From NCBI RefSeq assembly GCF_009914755.1, contig NC_060928.1: a DNA stretch of 64,000 nucleotides; one strand, 5' to 3'. The notes below the pieces were generated by a model. That model did not search any database. It had not been told where the DNA came from and saw only the letters and a program-made list of their open reading frames with translations. This document shows, piece after piece, positions 29,675 through 45,795 of this stretch (the first letter of the stretch is position 1; each line of letters opens with the position of its first letter). Source of the DNA: the human T2T-CHM13v2.0 reference genome, Homo sapiens. The translations under genes and the position numbers were made by a program.

Positions 29675-29885
29675 AAAGTCCTTATAAATGCTTATAACAT
29701 TAACAGCTCTGTGATATGCATAAATACACGTAAGTAAAATGCCACAGGTTATAGTCCTTAAAAACGCTTCGTGCTTACAGTTCACATAGCAGTATGCATA
29801 AATACACGCATTATAATATCACAGGATGCAATTGTTAGAAACTGCTTGTAACATTAACAGGTCTTACCGTGAAGTGCATGTAATA
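29675..29885. repeat. Degenerate tandem repeat, about 77-bp unit, just under 3 copies
   Basis: tatgcataaatacacg at 29715 and 29793; agtcctta at 29677 and 29753; tgcttRtaacattaacag at 29689 and 29843. Confidence 0.8.
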
Positions 29886-30989
29886 AAAAATACTCAACAG
29901 AAGTATTCATGGCCAAGACATGGGCTTAACCACAAATAATTTTTCAATTGGGAGCAACAGATTCAAAGCATTCAGTGGTGCTGTAAATGTTTGCATGCTT
30001 CTTTTCAACTAAACCAGACATTATGTGACCTGAAACAAAATTTTAGTAACTTCAAGTGGTTTCGAAAGAGTTAAGTTTATTTTTTTATGAAAAGCTTTCT
30101 GTCTCCCCTCTGCCTTTGAAGCTCTTCTACAGAATGTGAATGCATATGTGTGTAAATATCCTCATTGTTTCCAATGCCAGAGAAGATCTTCACAGTGATT
30201 CTATTTATCCAAGGAACTGAAATTTATCAGGTCTTAGATCTTTGTAAACAGGACTTTACAACTCAAGATATACTGAAAGATTGACATTGGAGCCTTCCTT
30301 CAGGACCAAAGCTAGCTGTCAAATTCCAAGGACATCTATAGGATAAGCAGCATTGCCCTTCCTGTGTAGGTGGCCACCAGCGTGTGATTTCAGCTGGTTT
30401 GAGATGGTTTCTAGCAAGAATCCCTCACACTAGTTCCTGTGTTTGGTTGGTATTTCTCTTAATTAAGAGTGATTTTCTTATTATATTTATCTTTATAATT
30501 CAAATATTTCTATAACATTCATTAAAAACACACAAGTTATCGTAAAATAATTTCTAGAACAGAAGCGAATAATATTCTATGATAGGAAAATTGAGGAATA
30601 AAGTGCCAAAACTGGAGTTTGAACAGTACTGAAAATATTTTAGACCAGTGATCAGTTAGAAACCAGATCTGTTTACTACAAGGAAAAGGGTAACAGGATA
30701 AAACCTTATTAGCAGTGGTAACAGGGAAAGATTCAGATGGGTTGTTCAGTGTCTGCCCTCTTTTATAGAGCCCCCTGGTAATAGTCAGCAAATAATGGTC
30801 ACGCCATAGGAACCTGGCAGTAAACAAAGGGCAGTCCTAAAAATGTAGAGTCTAGCCTTCCCTTTGATGAAGATGACCGCCAGTATGATACACTCAGGTC
30901 AATGATATTACATTTTACCTTCCCCAGAAGACAAGCCTGATAATGAGATGCCCACCATAAGGAATTTCTGATGACTTCTCATAGATTAC

Positions 30990-31390
30990 AGAAAGAAATT
31001 CAAAATTCAGCATGACAAACGAGACCCTTCATATTTGATGTTGCACTTTCCTTTAAGATTTACCTTTAACATCTGTTCTCTGTCTAGCTCCAAGCATATT
31101 GCTAAGCAGAGGTGGTATTCTTCACACTTCCCTTTTGCACTTGAACTTTCTCTTGCCGGGAATGTTCTCTATTTCACCAGAGGAGCTCCTGCTTAGCCTT
31201 CAAGACACACTTCATTGTTCTTTTCAGCTTCCTCAGTGGACCAGTTATAGGGCACTTCAGAATGTTTCAATTTTGTGTTTAGACGCCTCAAGGAGCCATT
31301 AGTCCCTTAGCTCCATGAGGAAATGGATTGTCTCTTATAGGAGCCTCATGTGCAACTATAAATTAACACAGAATCTGATATGCTTATCAC
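30990..31390 (+). mobile_element. L2 fragment
   Basis: ttgcacttgaactttctcttgccgggaatgttct...ttagctccatgagga...ttgtct. Confidence 0.55.
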
Positions 31391-32364
31391 CATACAACTC
31401 TACAAAAACAATGTTCACATTGAAAGTTTTTTTTCTGTTTTAATAAGTACGCCAGATTTAATGGAAGTATTTTCTTTTGTTTCCTTTTTCTCTAGTATAT
31501 TTAGATTGCAATTCTAAAATTGAGACTGGATGACACCTGAAAATGTGAAATGAATAAATAATATGAGAACTTTTAAAATTTTCTGATCTTTCTGACAAAG
31601 CTCAAGTTTTGTTCGGAGTAACTCATATTTTTAGAACTATTTCTAAATGTTTACCTTAACATGTAATTTTCCGTTGTGAGTTTTAAATAATGCCACATAA
31701 AATGTAACCAGTTATAATTTTATTAAAAATTTGGAGACCAAGCTACTGAAAAAAAGTTGATGACATTAAAGAACTTTCATAAAGTATGTAATTTAGTTTT
31801 GTGTGTGAAGCCTTTAGTAATTGGACAACTGGCTGCCTTGTGAAAATGCATTATTATCACTAATATCTTCATTATTTGTAGTATAACCATATGCCTCATG
31901 ATTCTTTGTGACAGCCTGTTGTTATTTTGTGAGAAAGATGATTAGGCTATTATTTGATTTCAGCACATGTATGGTTTATCAGAAAGTCTGCACAATGTGA
32001 ATAGGCAGTTTTTACACCCTCAAAGCTCCAATTTTGTAATAATTATATAAATAGTATTCTCCTCAAAGTGAGGCTCTTCTTGTTAATGTCCAGTGTACAG
32101 AACTTGGCTTGAGTATGGGCATGAAACAAAGCAATTGCGCATCTGCAAATACAGGACATGTACCACCATGTTTGTGTCAGTTTCTTACAAAGGCTAAGAA
32201 TGGTTGTGGTGGTGGGGGCGGGAGGAAGGTAATGAGTGGGTGGGATTTAGCTGAAGGATTAGAAAAGAAGCAGCTCATTGATTTATTCAACACATACCTC
32301 TTTGATTCCTAGTACCGAACTGTGGTTTAATGAATTGTAAGGTATAGCATAAAAACAACGGTTA

Positions 32365-32577
<213 letters not shown>

Positions 32578-33239
32578 CTAAACAATTAGATATTATGGCA
32601 TCATAGAGAAATAAGAAATATCCAGAAATCTTATGCTATATTATGCTGCATATTGATATTTATACCACATAGCCAAGTTTTTCCTTTTTAAGGAATTCCC
32701 CCATCCTAGAAGATATTTGTAGTTATTCATATATGAAGATTCCTCACTTTTGAAACTTTAGGTCTGTATTCCATTTGGATTTATTTCATTTTCTTTACCT
32801 CCACAACTGGTAGGATTTCTGTCTACCATCCATTTAGGTTCTCATTTTGACTATCCAACTTCTTGAAAGATTCAGCACTTTTCAGCCTCTGAGCTCTGCT
32901 CTGTTCCAAATAAACTTTGATTCACCTTCGCAGTTCTGATTTCTCCCATCCCTGGGACTTCTTTTTCTTGCATGAAGTCCTGGGAGCAAGCTTCTCACGT
33001 GGTTTTGTTCCTTCGTTGTGGGGTGGTCGGGGGAGTGTGGTCGGTTCTAGATAATTTCCTAAACAAAAACATTAAATTGCTTTTCCAGGTGCCAAAAGAA
33101 AAAAAAAAAAACTCTAGCATTACGTATGGCAATCAAAATCTTCCTCATTATGATCCTGTGACCTACTATTCCAAATATTTGCACTTTTCCTCAGAAAATA
33201 TTAAATAACCATTTTCAAACACATTCTTCCTTTCCACCA

Positions 33240-33838
33240 CAGTCACTTCTAGTTATTTGTGTTAGTTACGTTCTATAAAATTGTTAAGAAAAATAAATTA
33301 GCAAATACTGAACCATTTGCTGCCAGGGGAAACACGGGGTCAGATTTTCATGAACAAATCAATACATAACTTTGATGTTTGTTTCTATTTAAAGACACAT
33401 TATTTGATATATATTGTTGATTCATTAACAGTAAGCTTATAATCACATTATAATATGTATCTGAATGAAGTTTATTTAACAACATGTTTTCTTTGTAAGG
33501 AATGTGACAGCCTTGTTATGCTAGAAACTACTTCAAGCTGTGCTTGGGGGTTATTTTAAACACCAACAAAAATCACAAAAGAGAAAAATGCAAATATAAA
33601 TATGTCACTGAGAAAAGGATACTTGTTTATAGTAGGAGAGCTGCGATAAGAAGGCACAGTGTCACCTGCTTTGACCTCAGCTGGGAACGTTCTTGTCAGG
33701 CAACTCGAATTTTTCTCCGTTCTGCACAGGTCTGTGAATGACTGTGAAAGCACTGGTAGTACTGATTTGGGGTTACAAATAAACTTTAACAAGCAGGTGA
33801 GTTTGCAAATACAGAATCCACAAATAATGAGGATTCTG
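33240..33838. mobile_element. MER82-like TcMar-Tigger non-autonomous DNA transposon
   Basis: Degenerate TIRs cagtcacttctagttatttgtg and cacaaataatgaggattctg; internal gcaaatactgaaccatt and gacctcagctgggaacg. Confidence 0.8.
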
Positions 33839-35642
33839 TCCTTGCTTCTAGTTGAGGTAAAAGCAAAAAGTTGCAAATGGATTAAAAAAGACTATTTTTG
33901 GCAGAAGTTGTAGCATTCTTATCTATTGTAGTATTCAAACATATATTCTCATTTTTAAAAGAATGATAATGGTTAAATATATACTGAGTTCTCAGTACGT
34001 ATCAGGTCCCGTGCTAAGTGCTTTATGTGTGTTAACTCGAGCCTAATCCAAAGTTTGAATTGTGGAGGAAAGTTGTATTATATTGTGTTAGCTTGGATGC
34101 GTACAGGAAAGAACTAATAATCTGTGAGCCAAGCAGCCACCGTAAAGATGAGCTCAGATGGAACAGGTGACAATGATAGGATTAATAGGAAATAAGTGTG
34201 AGGGCAGAGTGAGTGCAATCTCAAACAGTGTGTATTAGAAGACGTTTACAAATAACCTGTTAACAAAGCCACATGTTTGCATGTTTTATACCAGAACCTT
34301 GAATGTGGGAAAAAATGTTACCGTCTTTGCAAAAGAATTACATGCACTTAAATTTTTGAGAAAAGATTGGCTCCAAGAAGTTGACATAACTATATTAGCT
34401 AAAGCTCAGCTTCCAAATTGTAATCTTTTGTAGGTTTTTTAAAAATGTTTTATTTGCACATTTTCCTCCATTTTCTCAGGAACTCCATGTGAAATGACAT
34501 TCTTTCCCACCTTGGAGGAAGGGGTGAAATGTGAGGCATTCATTTACATGGAACAAAATGAGTGTAAAACTTTTAATTATATCTTGGCTAGAATTTGCCT
34601 GAGAATTTAAAGTGTAGGCCTGGCCTTATGCCCCTCACCTAGCATTCAAGGGAAATGAAATAATTAAAAGAATTACCAATGCTTTTAAAGCATGACCTTT
34701 TACAGATGACTCACAGTAGATGATTTTATATATATCAACTAGATACAGTCAAATAGTCAAGAACATTTTGCCTAGAAACTCACTTGTTTTTTACTGCTAT
34801 AATGTAGGCTAACTTTCTTTGACCTCTGATGTGTAATAGCCTCATATCTTAAAACCCCCACTCAGATCATCCTCTTTTATTATGAGCTGTCTATTTCATC
34901 GTCATACCATTGCTGCTTCCCTTAAAGAGCATCATTATACTCTTGACATTATTTTATCAGATGGACTTGTAAACTATCTAATTCCATTAACAAATCTATG
35001 AAAAAAGGGGTGAGGAGGGCAATTCTTTTAATTAACAAGTTGATTTTATACCACAAAATAATGGAACTACCTTGAAAGCAAATTTAAATTAACAGCTTTA
35101 AATGAGTTGGTTATAAAATGCTTAGATACAAAGAAGAAAAGAATGAAGCAGTAAAAGAAGATAAAGAATGAATATCTTCTTCAAAAGAAGGCTGTATAGA
35201 TACCTATCACTTTGTGGTGAAGCTCTTCTAGTATACTAAAATATTTGATCCAGCACAGCAAAGAGTCTTAGAGAGAGAGGAAAAGAAAGATTAAAACAAG
35301 ACCTAAACATGATGGTTTCTGTCTCTTGTGTTGCCGTGCTCTGAAACTTGGCCTTATTTTACCCTTTAGTTTCTGCTTTCCCCCACCCTTTTCCTATCCT
35401 GTGTTTTGTGGGTCATTTCATTTGCCATTCTCTGCAGCAAATCCAAAAAGAAATCCTAACTTGTGGTTAACAGTATTAGTACCTCCAAATTCCTAATAAC
35501 CCCTCTATTCCTCTGCATTCAATCGATTTGACGCTCTGTTTTCAAGATTGTATATTTTGCATTTTTCATCAGAAAAATAACAGTATCTGCTTTATCAACT
35601 TAAAATTAATTGATTTCAGAATATATCTATATTATGACAGCT

Positions 35643-36240
35643 GATTCATTTATGCATTCATCAGTAAACATTGAAGAAGTGCCTAAGGTGCTTCAGAAAC
35701 TATGTTAGGTTCTTATTAGGAACCAATAAGGAAATAAAACTACCAGGTGCCTGGCTCTCATGATCCCTTCTGTCTAGTGGAGGAGACAGACTTAATAACA
35801 CGATCGCATGAGTCAATGTATCATCACAAACTGAGACAAGAGCTGTCGTGGAAGAAATCCATTTGGATAAGCAGAAAAATCTCTGTGAAACGCCCGGATG
35901 TCAAAAATGATTTCCCTAAAGAAGTAAAACTTGAGCTGAAATCTAACCACAAGAAGAGGTGGTGGTAGGCAGCATATCATAAAAGAAGCATGTGAAACCC
36001 TACACAAGGGAGGAATGGGGAAGTTTGAGGAACCAAGAGATGACCAGATATGCAAGGGAGTATGGCGGAAGATGAGACTAACAGGGCGGAATCTACCAGG
36101 GCATTTGGCACCTCACGTGCTTTATTTTGGGTCTCAGCCTAGTGCAATCCAAAGCTGAGAGAGAATTTTAAACTAGGAATAGATGGAAGAAGTGAGTAGC
36201 CAGGACATATTTGCACTTTGAAAAGTCTACTCTCACTGAG
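35643..36240 (-). mobile_element. L2 3' portion
   Basis: gattcatttatgcattcatcagtaaacatt...cctggctctcatg...tctagtggaggagacagac. Confidence 0.7.
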
Positions 36241-37159
36241 ATCATTTTTTTTTTCTTAAGTCAGTAAATACAAGAATTACATATTTCAGGATATGAGAAT
36301 ATTTTCCCTCTATTTTTGATTGAATTTTAATATATTACTTACTGTTTATTTGGCCCCTAAGCTAAACATTATTTGCTGTGTCAGTTTTGAAATCATGTAT
36401 CAAGTCTGTAACTAACCTAAAAAATTTAAGTAGAATGTATCCTTTACATATAGGATAAAAGACAAAGGTTTTTCTATAAATTTAAAATATTGTATAAGTG
36501 ACCTTGACAAAGCAGCAGTTTATGATACGCTGTATCTGACCTGAAAGAAAATGTTTTTTGTTTGCTTTTTGTTTTTTACTTAAAATTACTCCTGTATTAC
36601 ATAGCATAGAACAAGTTCCCAAGAGGTTGTGAGCCGGAGTTTTGGGGCGTCATTGCCCCAATGCATCAGTGCAATGCATCTTTCCTTTCAGTGGGAAGAG
36701 AGGACCATGAAATTTGACTGGATTCCTCTTCTTTGTTTGGCTGATCTCCGGTATTGGTTTGCTTTTTCTATAACATGTCCTTGAGCAGTTTTCCAAGTAG
36801 GTTATTGCTCCTTGTGAATGTTCTCACTCGGAAGTGTTTTCTATAGCTTTGGCCCCTCTCCTAACTACACCTTATTTTTAAATGATTTGCCTTGTTGAGT
36901 AGTATCCAGGTTAGGGCTCCAACAATGTGGGCCATATCGTGGCACATACAATATTTCAAAAAATAATATAATTAAGAAAGTAATATTCTTTTTTTTAGAT
37001 AGTGTCATTTGTTTCATTATACTGGTCTTATCTTTCGTTTCATTTTCCAGGTATTCTATAAAGATATACTTTCAAGAATTAGACCCACTGAAATTACATA
37101 AATCTTACCAGTGAAAGCAGGGACATCTTGCTGATGAGTAGCTATGATCCCTCCCTTTT

Positions 37160-38065
37160 CTTATTTATTTTTGTTTTTATTTTATGTTTAATTGATGCTA
37201 ATTGTGCATATTTATGAAGTGCAGTGTGATGGATGTTTTGATATATATAAAGCTTGTGTAATGATCAAATCAGGGTATTTAGCATACCTTCACCTCAAAC
37301 GTTTATCATTTCTTTGTGGTGAGAACATTCAAAATTTTTTCTTCTAGCTATTTTGAAAAATGAAATATAGTACTGCTAACTATCGTCACTCTAATGTGCG
37401 ATAGAACACGATCACTTATTCCTCTTGTCTAACTGTAACTTTGTACCCCTCCACCTATCTCTTCCCATCCTTTCACCCCTGCTCCTCCCCATCCTCTGGT
37501 AACTACTGCTCTACTCTCTACTTCCAGGAAGTCAACTTTTTAAATTTCATATAAATGAGATCACGCAGTATTTGTTTTCTGTGCCTGACTTACTTCGCTT
37601 AACATAATGTCCTCCAAGCTAATCTGTGTTGCCACAAGTGACAGGATTTAATTCTGTTTTTGAGGCTGAATATTATTAAATTGTGTATATATGCCACACT
37701 TACTTTACCCATTTATAGGTTGGTGGACACTTAGGTTTATTTCATATCTTGGCTATTGTGAATAATGCTGCAGTAAAGATGGGGGTGCAGATATCTTTTC
37801 AACATAGTGATTTCATTTCCTTTGGATATATGGCCAGCGCCAAGTGGTAGGATTTTTTGATCTTATGTTCTATTTTTAGTTTTTTGAGGAACCTTCATAC
37901 TGTAGTCCATGATGGCTGTAGTAATTTACATTTCCGCCAATAGTGTGTAAGCTTTGCTTTCTCCCGTCCTTGTTAGCATTTGTTACTTTTTATTATGTTT
38001 ATGATAGCCATTTAAACTGGAGTGAGGTGATAATGTCATTGTGGTTCTAATTTGCATTTCCCTGA
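37160..38065 (-). mobile_element. L1MA (MA5-7-like) 3' end
   Basis: T-rich tail, taatgatcaaatcagggtatttagcatac, catttctttgtggtgagaacattc, ending tttgcatttccctga. Confidence 0.9.
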
Positions 38066-38289
38066 AGGTAATATTCTCGATAGCAGAAGAAGCAGTATGA
38101 CACCTTCTCTGTAAATTTATGTTTCTTCTCAATAGTCACTTGTGTCTGTGACCTCTGGTGTACATAGTATACATTTGGCTACCTCTGAAATCCTTCTTTA
38201 TACCACCCACAAGTAAAAGCAATGAATAGAACTTTATCATCACTCTATTATTCCCATGGTTATCTTAATTCACATACTATATTCCATTT

Positions 38290-38520
38290 ATTTATTTATT
38301 CAATTAATTATTATTGATTGATTAATAATAAACTAACAATTATCACTGTACCAGGTACTGGAATTACAAAAGAGGAAAAGGCATGATTTCTGCATTCAGG
38401 AACCTCTCTGTTCAGTAGGGAAGAATTGCATTAAAAATAGATCATCAGTAGAGTGTGATAAATCCATCATTAGATTCATGTTTGAAATGCCACTGGAGCA
38501 CAGAAATAAAAACTATTTGG
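38290..38520 (-). mobile_element. L2 fragment
   Basis: ctgtaccaggtactgg...catgatttctgcattcaggaacc...cactggagcacag. Confidence 0.55.
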
Positions 38521-41500
38521 GAGACTATGAATTATGAAATGGATTAAATATTGCAGATTAGATAGGACACTACCTATTGTATATATTTCCAGAAATAATC
38601 TAACCATGATCTGATCAAATTTTTATAAAACAGATAATGGTTTACATTTTCTCAAGTATCACAGCAGTTAATTTTAATTTCTGTGATATCATCCTGCTTT
38701 ACACTGCCTTTCATGTCAGAATGAATCCCTATTTCCTGAAAATATCCTGCAGCTTACACTGACTCTTCTGCAATGAATCATGCCTGCAGCCTAAGTACTT
38801 GGTGCCTCATGATGGGGGCATATTATGTTCAATAACGACATGAGCTGACAAATGTGAGGATTTGTTTTAACTGTCACATCAGTTAAAGCCTGATTAGATG
38901 TCCTTATCAAAATACATACTGATAAGACAGCTGTGCTCCACTTTTGTTTTACCAAACCTAGCAAGTATTTTATTTGCAATAAAGAAACTGAAGGGCCATC
39001 AAATTGTGTAGAGCCATCTGCTTCTGAAATTAGTTTCATACAGGGGATTTAATCCACAGTAATTCTTATCTACTTATGATCTTGGAAATGCATTGTGTTC
39101 TTTAAGTCTACAATTAACTACGAGCATCTAATTCTACTCTATCACCTTATATCAAGTGTGTTAGCGCCATTTTCCAAATGGCAAAACATGGTAATAACCC
39201 AGGACTTATGCATGATAATGAATCATATCACAGGGCTCAGTCTGTCTAAAAAAGTACTAGGAACTCTCTATGCCTGCTAAGAAGCATATGGAGAAACATG
39301 ACATATGATCCAGTTTATAAAAGAACAACTTAAAAATTTAATGTAGTTAAGAGCAGGTGGGAATTCTATAAATAATGAGTCAGACTACATTTTGTCAACA
39401 TCTCAATTGGGACTGAGCCATATATTGCCATTGCTTAATTTTCCTCAGCCTCTTGGACTATAGGATAACCCATTAACCATATTTTATTCATCTATGTGTT
39501 CCTAGGGGCATCTCTGACCCATTTTTCACAAAACATAAGGAATTCATGTGCAAGGTTGAATATATGTGAGTTAGATCAAAGGTGTTTTAAGATGTTTAAA
39601 CGGCTTAAATTCATTTTAACAAGATGTCTTTTTAAGACAACCTTTCCCAAGCCCCCCAAAATCAATATCTATCGTTATTTGCATCTACAGTATATGGCAC
39701 CTTCTTATACTATCTATATATAGTCTGTCAAATAATTAGTGCACTGCCTGGCTTCCACCCCTGTTTGTTCCCAAGGCTGTTAATGCTGCTGCTTTTCCTC
39801 ACTAATTCTAAGGCTTTGACACACGTTAATGTGCTCTGACCCAAACAATGAGCAAACTTTCTGGTTCACTAACACAATTGCTTTTTGCAAGGCTATGTCT
39901 AAACAGACCACTATGAGAGATGAATCTTCATTCCCTGGAGTTTAGCAGTCCAAAAAAAAAAAAAAAGTAGAGCGTATAAGTGTGATGAAACATGTCTTCT
40001 GTTATTAAGAAAAAAAACCCCTTGTTTTATATAAGCAGAAACAAGTGGAGTATACTATAGGTTAAAATGTTAATATTTGTAACATAGCAATTTTGACTTA
40101 TTACAGTGTCCTGTAATATATTTCCTTTATCAAATGAATGCACATAAAGTGGAATTTTTTAATGAGAAACAAGTATATTTATGTATTCCAGATTTATTCA
40201 TTTTATTCATATACTATGTGTTTTAATGTGTACTTATACACAAATAAATCAACAATATATAAATGAATAGCCTTTGAAAACTATCCTTTTAAAACTAGTA
40301 AAATGCATATCCAATTTAACTTTTGAATATTAATTACAGTACTTTTGAACCTATAAATACAGTAAGTTCTAAGATTCATACTTTAAAAAATGCAAATAAC
40401 ATGAATATCCTTTGATTTATTCTTTCAATTTATTTAAACAATATTCAATTAATTGACATCTGTCAGGCAGTGGGGATGCAATTATGACCTAATCAAACTT
40501 AATTCCCACCCCTTTGGGTAGATTTGATTACACTTTAGAGAAGAAGATGGATAATAAAGAAGCGAACAACAAATAAATATCTAAGGAGAAATTATAAGTA
40601 CCATAAAAGAAAGAAATTAATCACCACCCAGATGAAAATAGAGACCATATATCTGAGTAAAAGAGTCTCAGGGTGGAAAATTATGGACTTGGATCTATGC
40701 TCTGATGGTAGGGGCTTGGACTTTTTCAATGCCGACATCGAAAATAAACTATCCCCTAATATGAAACCTAGTAATGATTTTACAAAGAGAAAATTGCTCT
40801 TAGACAGAAACATTCTAATGTTCTATGTGAAATTAATCAGGTTTTCCAATTAGAATAGCAATGAGAAAAGTATTACAACTTAAGAGCAATGCAGTATTCG
40901 TTTTAGTGTGTTTACCCTACTTAAAGTGCTTTATGGTGTAATTTTGTGTCATGAGATGAAGTTAATTAAATTTGATAATTCTGTATTATTCCTTCAAATA
41001 ACTAGAGAAAAAATTAACTCACTTTCCACATGTTTATGGGACTAAAAGAAGGTTGAGAATCACTGGCAAAAATAGTGTGGTTCAACTATTATGCCAAATA
41101 TGTAATTTATACATTTTACATCAGATTGAGAAAATCCTTGTCATTCTTTTCCTTGGTTTTGTGATTTAGAAAACAATATCTATTACATGTAAAACTAGTA
41201 AATATATTACATTTAAATATCAAATATATACTGATAAGATTAAATGTACTGAGTTTATCCTAAATAGAATGACATTGTTACAAGAATTCTCTTTTGACTT
41301 TATCACTAATGCTTAGTGATAGACTTAAATATTATTAAGTACAGTGATTTAGGAACTTTGTGTGGTAGATCCTGTGTTTGGGTGTTTCTTCTACAATATT
41401 TCTGTGAAGTTAATTGTAATTAACAGAAAAAAAAAACATAGGAATATAACCATACTGTTTTTTATTTTTAAGATACTCATTTTATTTAAAATGTATTCAT

Positions 41501-41604
41501 GGTCTAATAAATTTTTCTTTGTTCCCTAAATTACAATAATGATCTTAGTAGTGTAAAAAAAAGTGGATATTGACTTACATACAAGCTTGATGAAATGTAA
41601 CTAA

Positions 41605-43390
41605 AACAGACACAAAATGGAAAGATTCTGATTCATTAAGACAATATTGTTAAATTATTAATACTACCCGAAGCAATCTACAGATTCAATGTAATATGTA
41701 TCAAAATCCCAATGTCATTTTATATAGAAATAGAAAAACATTAAAAAATCCATATGGAACCATGAAAGACCATAAATAACCAGATCAATTTGGAGAAACA
41801 AGAACAGAGCTGGAGGCATTATTGTTCCTTATTTCAAAATATATGACAAATCTATAGTAATCAAGACAGCATGGTACTGGCTTAAAGGCAGACACATAGA
41901 CAAATGGAACAAGAATAAAGAGCTCAGAAATAAACCCACACACATATGGTCAACTGATCTTTGACAAGGTTGCAAAGAATACACAATGAGCAAAGGTATT
42001 CTTTTCAACAAATGGTGTTGGGAGATCTGGATATCCACATGCAAAAGAGTGATATTTGATTGATATCTCACACCATACATAAAATTCATCTCAAAATGGA
42101 TTAAAGAATTAAACATAAGGCCTGAAACTGTAAAACTCCTAAAAGAAAACAGGCAAACACCTTCAGGACATTGGTCTTGACAATGATTTTATGGATATGA
42201 CACCAAAAGCACAGATACAAAAAGCAAAAATACAGTGGGACTACATCAAATTGAAAAGCTCCTACACAGCAAAGGGACTACAGATGGCCTCTAGCTTATG
42301 ATGATTTCACTTACAATTTTGACTTTACAATCGATTTATTGGGGTATTGAATGCATTTTTGACTTAGGATATTTTCAATTTGGATGGCTTCATTGGGACA
42401 TAACCTCATAACAAGTCAGGGAGTGTCTGTAAATCAGACAGTGAAAAGGCAATTTATGGAACGAGAGAAAATATTTGCAAACCATATATCTAATAAGGGG
42501 TTAATCTCCAAAATATATAAGGAATTCCTACAACTCAATAGTAAAAAAATAATAACCCAACTTAAAAAAAGGGTAAAGGACTTAATAGATATTTCTCCAA
42601 AGAAGATGAAAAAATGGCCAACAGGCCTGTGAAAAGGTGCTCAACATCACTAAATCATCATGTAAATGCAAATTCAAACCGCAATGAAATATCACCTCTC
42701 AGCTGTCAAAATATGTATTGTCAAAAGAGGGAACGTACTGGCTAGGATGTAGAGAAATGGGAACCCTCGCACACAGTTGGTAGAAATGCAAAGTGGTACA
42801 ACTGTTATAGAAAACAGTGTGGAGATTCTTCAAAAAAATAAAAATAGGATTACTATATGATTCAAGTAACCCCACTTCTGCATATTTATCCAAAAGCATT
42901 GAAATCAGGATCTTGAAGATCTATAAGACCCTTATGTGTATGGCAGCACTATTTGCAATAGCCAACATGTGGAAACAATCTCAGTGCCCGTCCCCAGACA
43001 AACGGATATAAAACTGGGGCATATGCATAGAGGGGTGTGCCTTTGAACCTTTAAAACAAAGGAAATCTGCCAAATATGATAACATAGATGAAGCTTGAGG
43101 ACATTATGCTAAGTGAAATAATCCAGTTATAGAAAGACAAATGCTACATGATTCCACTTTAATGAGGTATCTAAAATACTCAAATTCATAGCATCAAAGA
43201 GCAGAATGGTGGTGGCAAGGGGCTGGGGTTTGGAGAGATGGGGAGTTACTTCCTAATCAGGGGCTTACAATTTCAGTCAAGCAAGATGAATATGCTCTAG
43301 AGATCTGCTGTACAAATTTGTACCTTTAGTCAATAATAATGTACACTTTAAATACTTAAGAGGGCAGATCTCATGTTGAGAGTTCTGTCT
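41605..43390 (+). mobile_element. L1MA9/10-like ORF2 3' part and 3' UTR
   Basis: gcaatctacagattcaatg, caactgatctttgacaagg, gcaagatgaatatgctctagagatctgctgtac, gagggcagatctcatgtt. Confidence 0.9.
42281..42429. mobile_element. Short Tigger5/MER47-like MITE inside the L1
   Basis: CAG...CTG termini flanked by TA on both sides; L1 sequence continues across the insert. Confidence 0.8.
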
Positions 43391-43915
43391 TATTTTCACC
43401 AACCTGTATTTCATGAGTAAGAATTTATAAGACAAAATTTAGAATACTGATCCCAGTGGTTTGAGATAAACATGCAAGGCCAGCAGACTTAATTTACTTT
43501 GTTTATAATCAAATTGCAATTGGAGACGCAAGAACCATTCTCACCGTGCTGCTTCTGAACATTACAGCCATGAGAAGAAGGTGCCAAACTTTCTAATTAC
43601 TTCACTTTTCTTCGCTGTGAGGAGCTCTAGACTTTAAGAGAATGGTTCCTTTTCTGCCTCTGTGCTCACATTGAGACTAAAAGCAGGTTGAGAGAAATGA
43701 TGTACATAGTACATAGCCACATTTAAAAATCTTACTGATACTTTCTTAGTTCTTAGTGAAATGAGAGAGTAAGGTAAACCACTCTAAGAGCCTATGCAAC
43801 TCCAAATTCAATGTCACTATTAAGTCATATTTGGTAGTATAGTAATGCTTACACCCATTATTAAAATTTTGCTAGCCTATTACTTTACAATTTTTAACTT
43901 AACCATGATGATAAT

Positions 43916-45040
<1,125 letters not shown>

Positions 45041-45314
45041 ATAGTAGACTGTAAATGCATTTAAATTATCTAGATAAAATTATTGAATAGAATAAAATTT
45101 AGTAGAATTAAAAAAACACACAATGTAAAGCTTTTCCTTAAATATTACACAACTCTTGATTCTAACTGCTTTTTGGGGAAAATCAAATATCACAAAATTA
45201 TATAAATAGAAGATCCAGCTTTAATAACTGATTTTAAAAAGGATTGTTTCCCTTGGACTTCGCATTCTTGGAATAATCTTCTCCCCCTGCCACCCCTCCT
45301 AAAAGAGTGAGAGA

Positions 45315-45795
<481 letters not shown>

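Noticed and set aside
29675-29885. Repeat-spacer pattern as a CRISPR-like array
   Set aside because: The sequence is eukaryotic, there are under three units, the spacers are homologous to each other, and there are no cas genes. It is a decayed tandem repeat.
36641-36661. Hairpin ttggggc-gtcatt-gccccaa
   Set aside because: A 7-bp stem is expected by chance in 64 kb and is too short for a pre-miRNA.
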